From: Antechinus flavipes
Lineage: Eukaryota
Reading direction: 5' to 3'
Assembly (NCBI RefSeq): GCF_016432865.1
Contig: NC_067401.1
Span: forward strand, 283,154,001-283,218,000
Length of the DNA stretch: 64,000 nucleotides
How positions within the stretch are numbered: position 1 is the stretch's first letter; each line of letters starts with the position of its first letter. The translations under genes and the position numbers were made by a program. The notes below the pieces were generated by a model. The model made no database searches. It saw nothing but the letters and a program-made list of their open reading frames with translations, and was not told the DNA's origin. Of the stretch, positions 1-11,482 are shown piece after piece.

Positions 1-140
1 TTTGTTTATAATATTTATTCATTTAATTTTATTTTTAATATAAACATTTATTTATAATAAATAATATTACATATTATATTACATTGTAATATATATAAAA
101 AGATAATAAAAAGCTGATCCATCTTACTCCCCTGTCCCTA

Positions 141-370
141 ATAATAATAACAGATCACATTTATATAGTACTTTAAGGTTAACCAAGTACTTTAAACATA
201 CGTTATTTCTTTTGTTCCTCTTAACTGTGTGAGATAGTTGATAGGACTATTAGTATTTCCATTTTATAGATGAGGAAACTGAGACTCAAAGAATTAATTT
301 TACCCTAGTAATGCATGGATTTCCATGTGAGGTGGGGTTCAAGCATAAGACCCATGATTCTAATAGATCC
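141..370 (-). mobile_element. MIR/CORE-SINE copy (representative; many more, e.g. ~385-590, 12120-12350, 13630-13790, 30500-30690, 45090-45280, 45810-46010)
   Basis: Contains the MIR core in reverse orientation (CATTTTATAGATGAGGAAACTGAG) and the AATAATAAC tail; boundaries approximate. Confidence 0.8.
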
Positions 371-639
371 TTTCTTTTACTCTAACAAATAATAACTTAT
401 GTTTGTAATGAGCCTTTCAGTGGCAAACCACTTTCACAAGAATTATCACCTTTGATCCTCACAATGACCTGTGAAGTAGAGAAAACAGCTGTTATGGTGA
501 TGACAAGGAAACTGAGGTACAAGAAATCTAAATGAGAAGCTGAAGATCACATCTCTAGTTAAGGGCAGAGGTGGAAGTCAAATCTAGGCAGGAAATAGTG
601 TCACCAAATTTCAATTCAATTACTTTTTCTCTTTCTTAT

Positions 640-1300
640 TTAGATCATTCCTCAAATTTAAACATAGCATGAAAAGTTCAGCTTCCTTCCCTTTCTAATC
701 CTGATTTTAACAACAAATAAAATGAACTTTCCATATATATTGTAAAAATGAAAAAGATTGTTCCTGAAACTGTGAATCTCTATTATGTAAGGCTTGATTT
801 GTTTACAGCATTCAGCACCCAACTTTCAAATTGACCTATTTGTCCTATCTACTTTCTAACTTTTCTTCTGTTTTCTTCTAAAAAAAACTTTTAAAAAACT
901 CTATATTTAACCAATTCCTTTCCCCACAATTTGAAAAGGAAAGAAAACCAAAATCTTTTCAACAATTATGCAAAAGAGATCCCCACATTGTTTATTTCAA
1001 AAAACAAAAAACAACAACAACAAAAACTGTCTCATTCTGCAACTTCAGTCTATCACTTCTGTGTTGGGAAGTGGGGAAGCATGCATCATCCTCAACTCAT
1101 GAATGGTCATTACATTGTTCTGAGTTTTTAAGTCTTTCTACTTTGTTTTTCTTTACCTTGTTGTTGTACATTGTTGTTTACATTGTTGTTCTCCTGGTTC
1201 TGCTCACTGTATTCTATCATTCAAAAAAAGCTTTCTAGGTTTCTCTGATACTATCTCCTGTTACTTCTCTTTGGGGCAATATTGCATTTAATTAGTAAAT
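640..1300 (-). mobile_element. Old marsupial-type L1 3' end fragment
   Basis: Motifs GAAACTGTGAATCTCTATTATG and TTCTCCTGGTTCTGCTCACT resemble the reverse strand of the L1 ORF2 end/3'UTR as recalled; similar segment at ~5110-5830. Confidence 0.6.
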
Positions 1301-1412
1301 TATCATTTTCAACCTCTTTTCAAGTTCCATAAGCTATTGAGACAAAGAGGAGACAAGTTCTATGCATGAGGAAACTGAGGCATCTTCTTTAAAAAAAGTT
1401 GTACCTTAATTT

Positions 1413-1658
1413 GTTTCTTTTTTAATTAATTTTAATAGCTTTTTATTTACAGGTTATATGTATGGGTAACTTTACAGCATTGACAATTGTCAAACCTTTT
1501 GTTCCAATTTTTCCCCTCCTTTCCCCCACCCCCTCCCCTAGATGGCAGGATGACCAATACATGTTAAATATATTAGAGGATAAATTAAATACAAAATAAG
1601 TATACATGTCCAAACCATTATTTTGCTGTACAAAAAGAATCGGACTCTGAAATATTCA
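1413..1658 (-). mobile_element. Younger 5'-truncated L1 3' end
   Basis: T-rich tail, C-rich tract (TTTCCCCCACCCCCTCCCCTAGATGGCAGG) typical of an L1 3'UTR on the reverse strand; possible TSD TACCTTAATTT (1402-1412) / TATCTTAATTT (1659-1669), 10/11 match. Confidence 0.65.
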
Positions 1659-2584
1659 TATCTTAATTTTTGATGTTAGAAATGGTTAAAGCATAAAGTG
1701 ATTTTGTTAAAATAGTTTGCCTTTCCCTGATACTAATTCTCCCCTTCTTTTCTACTTTTCTCTCTTAGCATCAGTATCACCTCCCAGTAATCTAGGCTCA
1801 CATCCTTTAAATTATCTAAATTTAACATGGATTTATTGACAGCCATGTCAGGAACAGCCTTAAATTGTGGGGTTACAGAGATAAATTATGACATATTCCT
1901 TGTCCTCAAGAAGTTTATATTCTAAGAGGGTGGGGTTCTCTTTGATGTTTTCCCTATTCATAATCCCTGAGAGCAAAACAGTCACTAATAAAACATCCTT
2001 AAAAGCTTCAATCAAATCTTCTTATATGTTTGACTGGTGCTTTTTTCCCCATTACTATCAATTCCCCATGATTCCTTCTGGCCCCAACAGAGCTATCTCT
2101 TGGGACCCTTGTTCGGAAAAAGTATTACATATATCACAACAACTAAGTTTTCTGAAATGTTCTCCCTGGGGCACCTATTCCTACATACTCTTCCTATCCC
2201 AAGCATTTCTGATGTAGCACCTAGAATAATGTTTTCCTAACACTGTTTTTATGTCACTGCCCTGGTAAAGAATCTGCAATGACCTCCTTTTAACCTATGG
2301 GAACAAAACTTGATTCTTTATATCCAAGGTTCTCAGTCAAATGTGTGTCTGACCTGCCCCAAACATTTATCCAACCTCATCCCTTTCTACTCATCCCTCT
2401 ACTTCTGCCAGAGAAGTGTCCTTGCTCAGATATCTTTCTGCTTCCCTGCCTGCCCACTTACACATCAGCTGGAATGCCTTCCTCTCTCTCCAACAGCTCA
2501 ACCCTTTTCAGTACTTCAGAAACTTGTTCAAACAACTACCTCATGAAGATCCTCCTTTGCTCTCTCTTTCCTTCTGAGTTGGCG

Positions 2585-2815
2585 GTGTAATACATGGAGT
2601 GTTGGAGCCGGAATCAAGAATATCCAAGTCTGATTCCTCAATCAGACACTGTGTGACACTGAACGAGTCACTTAATCCTGGTTTGTCAAAGGAGATCTTA
2701 ATAATACCTCCCTCACTGGATTGTTTTGAGGATCAAAAGAGATAACTTTTGTAAAGTGCCTTGCAGACTTAAAAGAGCTATATAAATGTAGCTGTTGTCA
2801 TTGCTATTATTGTAC
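2585..2815 (+). mobile_element. MIR/CORE-SINE copy (others on + at ~11610-11820, 20200-20390, 24640-24870, 56540-56630, 62350-62520)
   Basis: tRNA-like head, GTCACTTAA core, and tail GTAAAGTGCCTTGCAGACTTAAAAGAGCTATATAAATGTAGCTG. Confidence 0.75.
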
Positions 2816-3417
2816 TGATGCAGACCTAGAAACAATTATGGGTCATCTAATAACCGTCTAGATGTTGCTTTAAGATTTGCAGATTGCTTTACCTATATTA
2901 TCTCATTTTGATCTTCTAAAAAGTATTAATCTGAAAGCTGGAATTTGGGATGCAGGGAGGAAAAGGCATACTTGCTCCCTTTTTTTCCACTAAGGCCACT
3001 GACTGATGAGTAGTTCATCAAATTAGTGACAGTTTTTAATTAGCTGCTTATAACTTTAGCTGACCTGCTGCTGATAACCATTCAGTGACTGAGGATGCTG
3101 AAGGTGACTTCTTCCTCCTCTCTCCACTGATTGGACACAAAGGAGTCCCAGGCAATATTCTGAAGATATAAACTCTCCCTTCTATTGGTCCAGAGATACA
3201 AGCACAATTATGAAGATCACAGAATGCTCAAACTGCTACTTAACCAATCAATATTATATCTCAAGAAATATCTTAGGCTAGAAGGAGCTAGGCTATCATC
3301 ATGAAAGCCAGTTCCAAATGACCCAGTGGAATTCTGAAGGCATCCTACAGCACTTGTTCGTTTTTTTTCTTTTAAAAAAAATGATAGATTTTGTTTTTAC
3401 GCCACCTTCATTGCCAA

Positions 3418-3429
<12 letters not shown>

Positions 3430-3448
<19 letters not shown>

Positions 3449-3925
3449 ACCTTCTTTTCCTTTTAGAGAGCCATTTCTTGAAACAAAGAAAAAAAAGAAA
3501 TCAGCTGGTTCTGACAGTATGTTCTGCAATGTTTTATACCCATAGAGGGAGATACATTTTTCATCTCTTCATGTTACAGTGCTTAGTTTCTTTTTTTAAT
3601 GTCCTTTCCATTTATATTATTTTGATCATTAAATATATCATTTGCCTGGGTCTACTTGCTTCATTTTGTCTTAGTTGCTATAACACTTCCCATGTTTTTT
3701 GATCATCTTCAAATTTGTTGGGTTTTTATGGCCCAATGATATACAGAACCCTTTACCTCCTTTCTAAACATTTCCTAAATAATATATCTACTTTGTTTTC
3801 AAGTCCTTGGTGCTAAAAAAAAAATTGCTGCTATAAACATTTTGGCATATATGGGACCTTTCTTTCTATCTTAGCCATCTTTGGAGTAGATGCTTCACAA
3901 TGGCATATCTGGTTCACAGCGATAT
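3430..3925 (-). mobile_element. Degenerate L1 ORF2 C-terminal fragment
   Basis: TGCTGCTATAAACATTTTGGCATATATGGGACC matches the reverse strand of the L1 ORF2 C-terminal region as recalled. Confidence 0.6.
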
Positions 3926-6213
3926 TTATACATGAATTATTCGGTACCATAGCTAGACAGTAGTAGAACTGGAACCAAGACCAGGCTTTTCTAAAAAACA
4001 AAAACTAGCCCAGTGGAATCTCTTAAACAATAACATGTAGACTTAACGTTTTCTTCATATTTTGAAATAGAAGAATATTGATTAAATCCAATTGATAATT
4101 TTAGGTATAAGAAACGTCTTAGCATATTTCTATCTTTGGTACTTGTATAAACTTTTTATTTATTATTAATATCATGCAGGCAAAAAAAAGGTTTTAAGAC
4201 AAGATTTAGTAGCTACATTTGAAAATCTCTTCTAATTTAGAAACAGCTATCTTTTTTTTCCCCAGGTAGCATTATTATACAATATAAAAATAGCCATCTC
4301 TTTTTCTAGGTAACATTATTTATATAGTACAATATACCCGTATCTTTTCCAAGGTGTCATTGTTTATATGATTTAATACCATTAGCTATTTCTAAATCAA
4401 GAGATATATCTACATATCTATTTATATATTTATGTGATATCTCTTGGGATTTAATAAAATTTCATTGGTCAGATTTAACTTGGGGTCCTGGAACCCAGTG
4501 TGCAGAATTTACTGTGAATTACCTTGATTCTGTGATATGTGTCTGTAATACATCTATGACATGTAATATAAATCCATACTTGCTAAAGATCTTAAGAATA
4601 TAGTAACTTCTCTATCATTATGCTCAATAGGTAATTTAAAGTATTACTCATCCTATATTTTTCTCCCTCTTTGAGTATAAAAGGTACATAGTCATTGATG
4701 TACAGAAGAGATGCTTTCCTGAAAAGTTATTCATAAATAGAAATTTCATACATTAACTTTAATTTCAGAGTTTCTTAACTTGAAGTTCATGGCCCACAAG
4801 GAATTCTTGAACTGATTTCAGGAGTTTGGTTTACTTGGATGAGAAAAATAATTACATCTTTATTTTTATTAACCTTTAATTGAAATTTGGCATTTCTTTC
4901 AGTTATCAGAAAACATTATTCTGTGAAGGGATCCTCATAAGACTTCCCCCAGACTGCCAGAAGGAGTCCCTGAACAAAAAAATGGTTTAGAGCTATTGAC
5001 TTATACTAAACAATGATTAACATGCATGCTTTATATAAGGCTAATATGGAAGGGGGAAATGGAAGAGTCAGCAAAATTTCATAAATATAATTTAAATATG
5101 ATAAACAGAATTTATTCCTGTTTTATAACTTTTTAAAATTTGAACTTAACAAATATCAAATAGAATGCCCATTTCCATATTCAAAATAGAGCAAAAAAAG
5201 AGAAAACCATAAATATCTTTTGTTAATACCTTGCTTTCCCTTTTATGTGCATTAGGAAATTCAGCATGCAACTTTCAAAACTATCTTGCTTATCTACATT
5301 TTCCTTTAGGTTTTTTTTTTCCTCCTGTGCATTTAAAAAAAATTTAAAATAACCCTATTTTTTAACCTTTCTCTAGAGCCCCCCTCCTCCTTTCAACTCT
5401 CACCAAAAAAGAAAAAATAAACTAATCAAGCAAAATAAATTCAGCTACTGACCATGCTTGAAAATGTATGTCTCATTCAGTGCCTTGAGCCTTTCACTTC
5501 TCTATCAGGAGATGGGTTCCAAGCTTCATCACTGGTTCTCAGGAATCATGATTGACCATTGAATTGATCACATTTCTTAGTTTTGCAAAGTTATTTTTCT
5601 TTAAAATGATTTTTTTCCTGGTCCTATTTTGTATCTTTTCATACAAGTCTTCCCAGGTTTCTTTGAAAAGGTTTATAAATTTTGTAATAGTGAAACTCTT
5701 AAGTATTGAATTTCTTTATACTGAGTTTTACCGTTCTTTAAAAACCTATACATGGTTTCTAAAAGGCTTCTTTATTCAACTCCATTTCTTTTAAAAATTA
5801 TGTTCACCTTCAATATTTGTTACAAATTATTTCCTTCAAAAATAATTGATTAAGATAAGGGCTACTGAAGTATACATTAACAGAGTGTTGAATGCAAATT
5901 TTAGTTTTAATTTTTTCTTCACTCTTCCCTCCCCCAAATAGCAGCTAACAGGGGTTGGTGAAGGGGTAATGGAGACACAAAATGAATAATCACCACTGCC
6001 TTCAGTTTTAAGAGCCAAAGGAAATGGCAGCAAAAAGAAGCCCAAATGAAGATGGATGGATTCCCATTCCCAAAAGGGCGAAGGGGATGCCCTCCATCTA
6101 GGACAAGAATGGACGAGTGACTCCTGGGTCCCCTCAAACTGTTGCCTTTTCCTTGTGGTGTTTTCCTAGGGCAACGATTCTGAGGAGTGCTTCCTGGCTA
6201 TGACCGGGGCTCT

Positions 6214-6246
<33 letters not shown>

Positions 6247-8416
6247 AAACTTCTTCCCTAGGTCAGACGGAGGTCAATGTAAACTAAACTGAGTACCTCT
6301 TTTCTAGCTAATTCTACTCAAATGGGAAGAAGCATCAAGAGAAGTGACTTACATGGGGTTTTCAAGGTGAGAAAGTAGCACTCAGGGTCTGAACTACTCA
6401 GGTCTTGGGGTAGAATGAACATAAAAGTTTCCTTGGAGAGTTTGTTCTAAAGCCAGCTCCTCAAGTTGGGTTTCCCTGTCCTTTTCCTATGTGATGTCTT
6501 TTAAAATCTTTTTCTCTGGAGAAAAATGTGCCCCTCAAGGAGAAAATATGTTATAAACTGTTACACCATAAAGTTGTCAACTTTGAGGGGACAGACTTCA
6601 TGTTTTTGGACACAATTTAGAATATCATATGATTGTCAACTCTTGTCCATAAGCATACTTTCTCTGATACTCTTTTTGGGGAAAATAAGGATTATGAGTT
6701 AATTTTTTTATGATTTTAGGAACCTTAAAAATTAGAAGCAAATGAGAAATTTGAAGCACATTCCCAAAAGTACTTATATGTCAAGGAGAGATAGTTACCT
6801 TATGTTTCCAATTGGCTAAATCAATCTATTTATCACATCCCTCATTGACCCCTTTATTCTTGATATAGATATCACTGGGGTGGATTTGATAAATATTGTG
6901 AAGCTCCTACTATGGAGTTGGAAGAGGAGAAAGCCTGCTGGATACCTTGAATAGCACCCCAAAACACATTCCTTGCCTTAAAGGCATTTACAATGTAAAT
7001 AACTAACTATAATAGAAATATATGAAGCATATGAAACTCATTCAGCTGTGTACTGTCTGTGATTCTAAAAGAACATTTAAAGGCAGAATTTTTTTTTAAT
7101 TTAAAGACGTTTTAACCTGCTTAGGTTAAATTTCAGCCTCTGTTTCCTTATCTGTAAAATGAGATTGTACTCAATGATGTCAGAACTCTGTTGTAGCTCT
7201 TAATCTATAATCCTATGAACTCTCTCAGATTGGTTCTATGCAAGGTGATGGAGAAGACGCTTAAGAGGAGAATGGAGTAAGGAGGGGGAAAGGAGGAAAA
7301 AAGATCATTTTGTATTCAGTTTGGAAACGGTTCTTCCTGTTATTTAAAGAAAAGTGTAGTTTTTCATTAAGTTGGAATATGGAGTACTTCATATCTACAT
7401 TGGACCAAAAAAAAATACACAATTCAGAGGGCATCTTTAAATTTTTTAAAGTTGTTTTGAGTACATTTACTGGAGTTCAAAGCCTTCTGCAGATGGGTAC
7501 AATGCCCACATTTCTAATTTTACCTAATATCCAGCATCTGGTATGTTCTGATTTGTAGTGCTGAGAGCAAGAGGAAACACATTAGTCATAGATGAAAGGG
7601 GGGAAAATCACTGTCCTGCCTAAAAATAGCTTTGTGTTTTTCGCCAGTTAATATCAGCTGGAGGTATGATTAAACAGTAGTTGTCTAGAAAGAGACAATA
7701 ATTAAGTGTGACTGTTTCCTCTCTAAGGCCAGACCCAGGTGGTGAAAGTTAAGTATTGTCATTCAGATAAGGCCCTGAAAGCAGTTTTCCTGGACGTCCA
7801 TTCGGCCCTTCTGTAAAATGTCCTTTCTGGGTGCTGAGCTGTGGACAGACAAAGTCCAGACCCGTTTGCAGGACAGCCACAGCAGCAGCCCTCAGATATT
7901 AGAGGGTGGGGTTACGGCTGTCCAAGATACAGACCCCACCTATCTGGTTATGAATCCAAGCTGAGAGTCTCAAACAACATTACTCAAAAGACTTATAAGT
8001 GTCAGTCCCATAGTATTATTCCTGGGAGTCCTATGGCAGAAAACCAATGTAAGCCAGCTTGGAGAGAGGAGCAACAGACTTAGGATGACAGATTGTTTTC
8101 TCAGCAGGCAGTTTCAATTTGTCCTTGGTTCATCTCTGAAGAGTTACCCCTTTTTCTTGATAGTCTTGGCACATTTGGTACAAAAGTTAATAGCATCTAT
8201 GTTTATAATTGTATTTGTGGTTAATGAGGATGCAAAAACTGATTTAAATAACTTGGAAATAATGAAATCTAGTATTCATCAGGCAAATATCACACTTAAA
8301 TGACTTACTTGGATAGCTAAACTAAAACTACTTGTGTCTTTTTGCATTAACAGAAGTTAAAAAGGAAGGAGAGGCTTCTTAGTAAATAAATAAACATAAC
8401 CTGAAATATATGAAAC

Positions 8417-8419
<3 letters not shown>

Positions 8420-8448
<29 letters not shown>
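8420..8448. repeat. (TG)n microsatellite
   Basis: Direct reading; lies at the tail position of the adjacent 7SL-derived element. Confidence 0.95.
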
Positions 8449-8450
<2 letters not shown>

Positions 8451-8469
8451 ACATATATACATTTATATG

Positions 8470-8740
8470 AGAGATTGGCTGTCTCTCTCTTGCCCAGGCT
8501 GGAAGTGCAATGATCACTCATGGACCTACAGCAAGGAAGCTTAACCTCCTCTGTTTTTCTGATCTGAATGTGTTTCTCCCTCCTTAAGCAACCTTGTAGC
8601 TCCCATGATCCTTGGATCTCATCATATTGGATTTAAGTACGGACACCTGATTGACTAACCCAATTGTAGCTCCCAAACTCAATCAATCCAAAGCCTCAAG
8701 TTCTCAAGGAACAGGGATTTTTAGGCGTGCTCCACCTAGT
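8470..8740 (-). pseudogene. 7SL (SRP) RNA-derived pseudogene/SINE
   Basis: Collinear blocks match the reverse complement of 7SL RNA: TTGCCCAGGCTGGAAGTGCA, CCCTCCTTAAGCAACCT, CATATTG, CGGACACCTGAT, AGGCGTGCTCCACC. The S-domain blocks are present, so it is near full length and not Alu-like; heavily mutated. Confidence 0.8.
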
Positions 8741-10979
8741 TCAAAGTTTTCTGATTTTTTTGTGCATAGTGAATAAAAAGCTGACCTTACCTCTACTCTG
8801 CATATGGCTGTATGACTCTGGATAACGCATTTAACTTCCCAGTGCTCTATGAGACTGTATTAGACTGTAAATTACCGTGAAGTTGCTAGTTAGGGAGTTT
8901 CCTCACTTGGGAATTCCCTACAAAATCACAGGTTCAGGACTTATAAAACTCACCAAACTATGTGAAATCTATGACTATATTAGGGATTCCTAATTTTATT
9001 TGTTTCATGAACCCTTTTGGCAGCCTGCAGAAACTTTCTAAGAATAATATTTTGAGTGCACAAATTAAGATTCATAGGATTATAAAGGAAAACAGTTATA
9101 TTGAAATAAAGATATAATTTTTATTCCCCATGAAAGTTAAATAGATCACTTGAAATCTCTGGTTTATGAACCCCAATTTAAAAATCCCTGTTCAATATGA
9201 ACATTAAATCTAAAGTTTCAAAGACATAAATTTTCTTAAGACAAAGTGGTATATTTATCAACAAAAATTAGAGTAGAGTTAAATATAGATATATATATGC
9301 AGGATGCCGTTTTGGTTTCCAAAAAAATTTTAAGTATACTTTCAGACACAGTAGAAAACCAAATATTTTAGTGGGCTGCCTGCCCAATAATCTCATGCAA
9401 ATAACTGTTGAAAATGATTATAACTTCATCTCCTATTATCAGTTTATTTAAATAATAACTGGGTCAATAAGCCTTCAGATAAGAAGGCCAGATAAAGGAA
9501 GATTGAGGCTTCATGCCTTCAATATTTTTGAGCCTATGACTTCCAAAATCAAGAGGCCATTCTATTAATCCTAATGGATTGAACTTCTAAAATTCCTTGG
9601 ATTTGTCCTTAAGGACTTCTCTCTTTGTGGAGCTTAGCTTGTATTTGGATAGATTTTCAGGTTTATATATAATATTATTCCATTTAGTCTAACCATAAAC
9701 TTGAGGCTGCTGAATTAGTATATTAAGGGAAAGTCCTGTTGGTACCTATAGAGGCCATAGTGTATCACTCAGATGTATTTAGCAGAAAAATAAAGACTTT
9801 TCAATTAGTTGGTAGAGAGGCCCTATGGAAAAACAGCAGGGATGGCTAACAAAGCATTGTCTGTGGTATCAGCTTGCCCCTTACCAAGAAGACAAATAAA
9901 GAGGGATTCAGTGCTTGGTCATTAATGGGCTAGCCATTGGTGGGTTTTTTCTTAAATGGGGGCTTTGTCTTATCCCTGCTGTTTAAGCCCCCTCCAAGCA
10001 CTCCTCACCTGTCATATCTGTCATACATTTAATTCATCACGCTCAGTGGTCAAAAGCTAGCTGATAATATCAAAAGGGGGGGGGAGGGGAGGGAGGAAGC
10101 CTAAACGGAGAAGAGAAGCAATCTTATAACTTTAGCATCAAAGGAGATTACTAGGCAAATAAGATCTTAATGAAGAAGGCAGCAGGGTTGTGAAGGAGAA
10201 TTTTCTAAGCTTCAAGACATGTCTGATTTAGGATCTAGGCAGTTTCAAAAATATGATTTTAATTCACTTTTTAAAAAATATTTTTAAATTGTTAAATTAG
10301 AAATGGGGCTGAAGATGCACAAAAGCATTCTTTTCTAATTTGCAGTTATGACTATCTTCTCCCAATATACTTAAAAAAATTAAATCCTGAAAGGTTTTTT
10401 TTTTCCCTTTCCTCTTTCATGCAAATGAAAGCCCTAGCTTACCAAAGCGTATTAGAGGTTCCAGCAGCCCTTGTTCTGCCAACACATATGCCTGCCCAGC
10501 CCAAGGAACTTTGGGCTTTTCACACCCTTTCGCCAGGATGCCAGCCTCAGATGCCAGTCCCAATATCACTTCCTCCAGGTGTAGTTGACCCACTTCTCAA
10601 CTTGGAATGTAAAACCCTTCACAGCTTAGTCTCAAACTACTTTCTCAGGTTTATTTTACACTATTCCCTTTAAAACATTCTCCCTTCCAGCCAACCTGGC
10701 CCTCTTGTTGTTCACTGAATTTACCATTCTCTCCCTCATCTCGATACTGTTGCATCGGCTGTCTACAATATCTAGCAATATTCCCCAGTCTGACTTTTGA
10801 AATCCCTAGCTCCCTTCAAGTTTCACCTCTTCCTGAAGACCTTTCTTCCCCTTTCCAGTTATCAGTGCTATCCCCACAAATTACTCTATGCTTAATTTTT
10901 ATATATTTTAAAATTGAATTATCTATGTTCAAGTTGTCCCCTATCTAGTCAAAGGTAAGCTTTTTGAGAATGAGGCTGA

Positions 10980-11482
10980 ACTTTTTAGCCTGAGGTATAT
11001 GAGCTTGTTTTTACACACACATACAGACATGTGTATATATAAAATACATATATATGATATATATTTTTATGATTGTATTTCAATATAATTGGTTACTGTT
11101 GTAATCCTATTTCATTTATGTATATGTATATATATATAGTCTATGAGCTTGACTTATATGTACGTATGTGTGTGTCTATCCATGATAGTATTTCAATATA
11201 ATTGTATACCTTTGTGATCCTATGTATTTCATTTATATATATGAGATCTATGGGTTTGATATATATATACACATACATATATATATATACACACACACAC
11301 ATATATGCGCATATATATATACATATATATTTGATGATAGTATTTCAACATAATTGAATACCTTTATGATCCAATGTATTTCATTTTCTGTCTTAAAAAT
11401 GATATCCTGAAAATGAGTTCATACTATCACTAGACTGCCAAAAGAATCCATGATCAAAAGAAAAGAAAGTTAAGAATCTCCA
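10980..11482. mobile_element. Non-autonomous hAT/Charlie-like DNA transposon with internal triplication (related copies ~4765-5000, 8990-9190, 18960-19075, 21595-21760, 24820-25010, 50630-50965)
   Basis: The motifs GTATTTCAATATAATTGG, CACTAGACTGCCAAAAG and GTTAAGAA recur at all listed loci in both orientations; family name is from recall. Confidence 0.6.
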
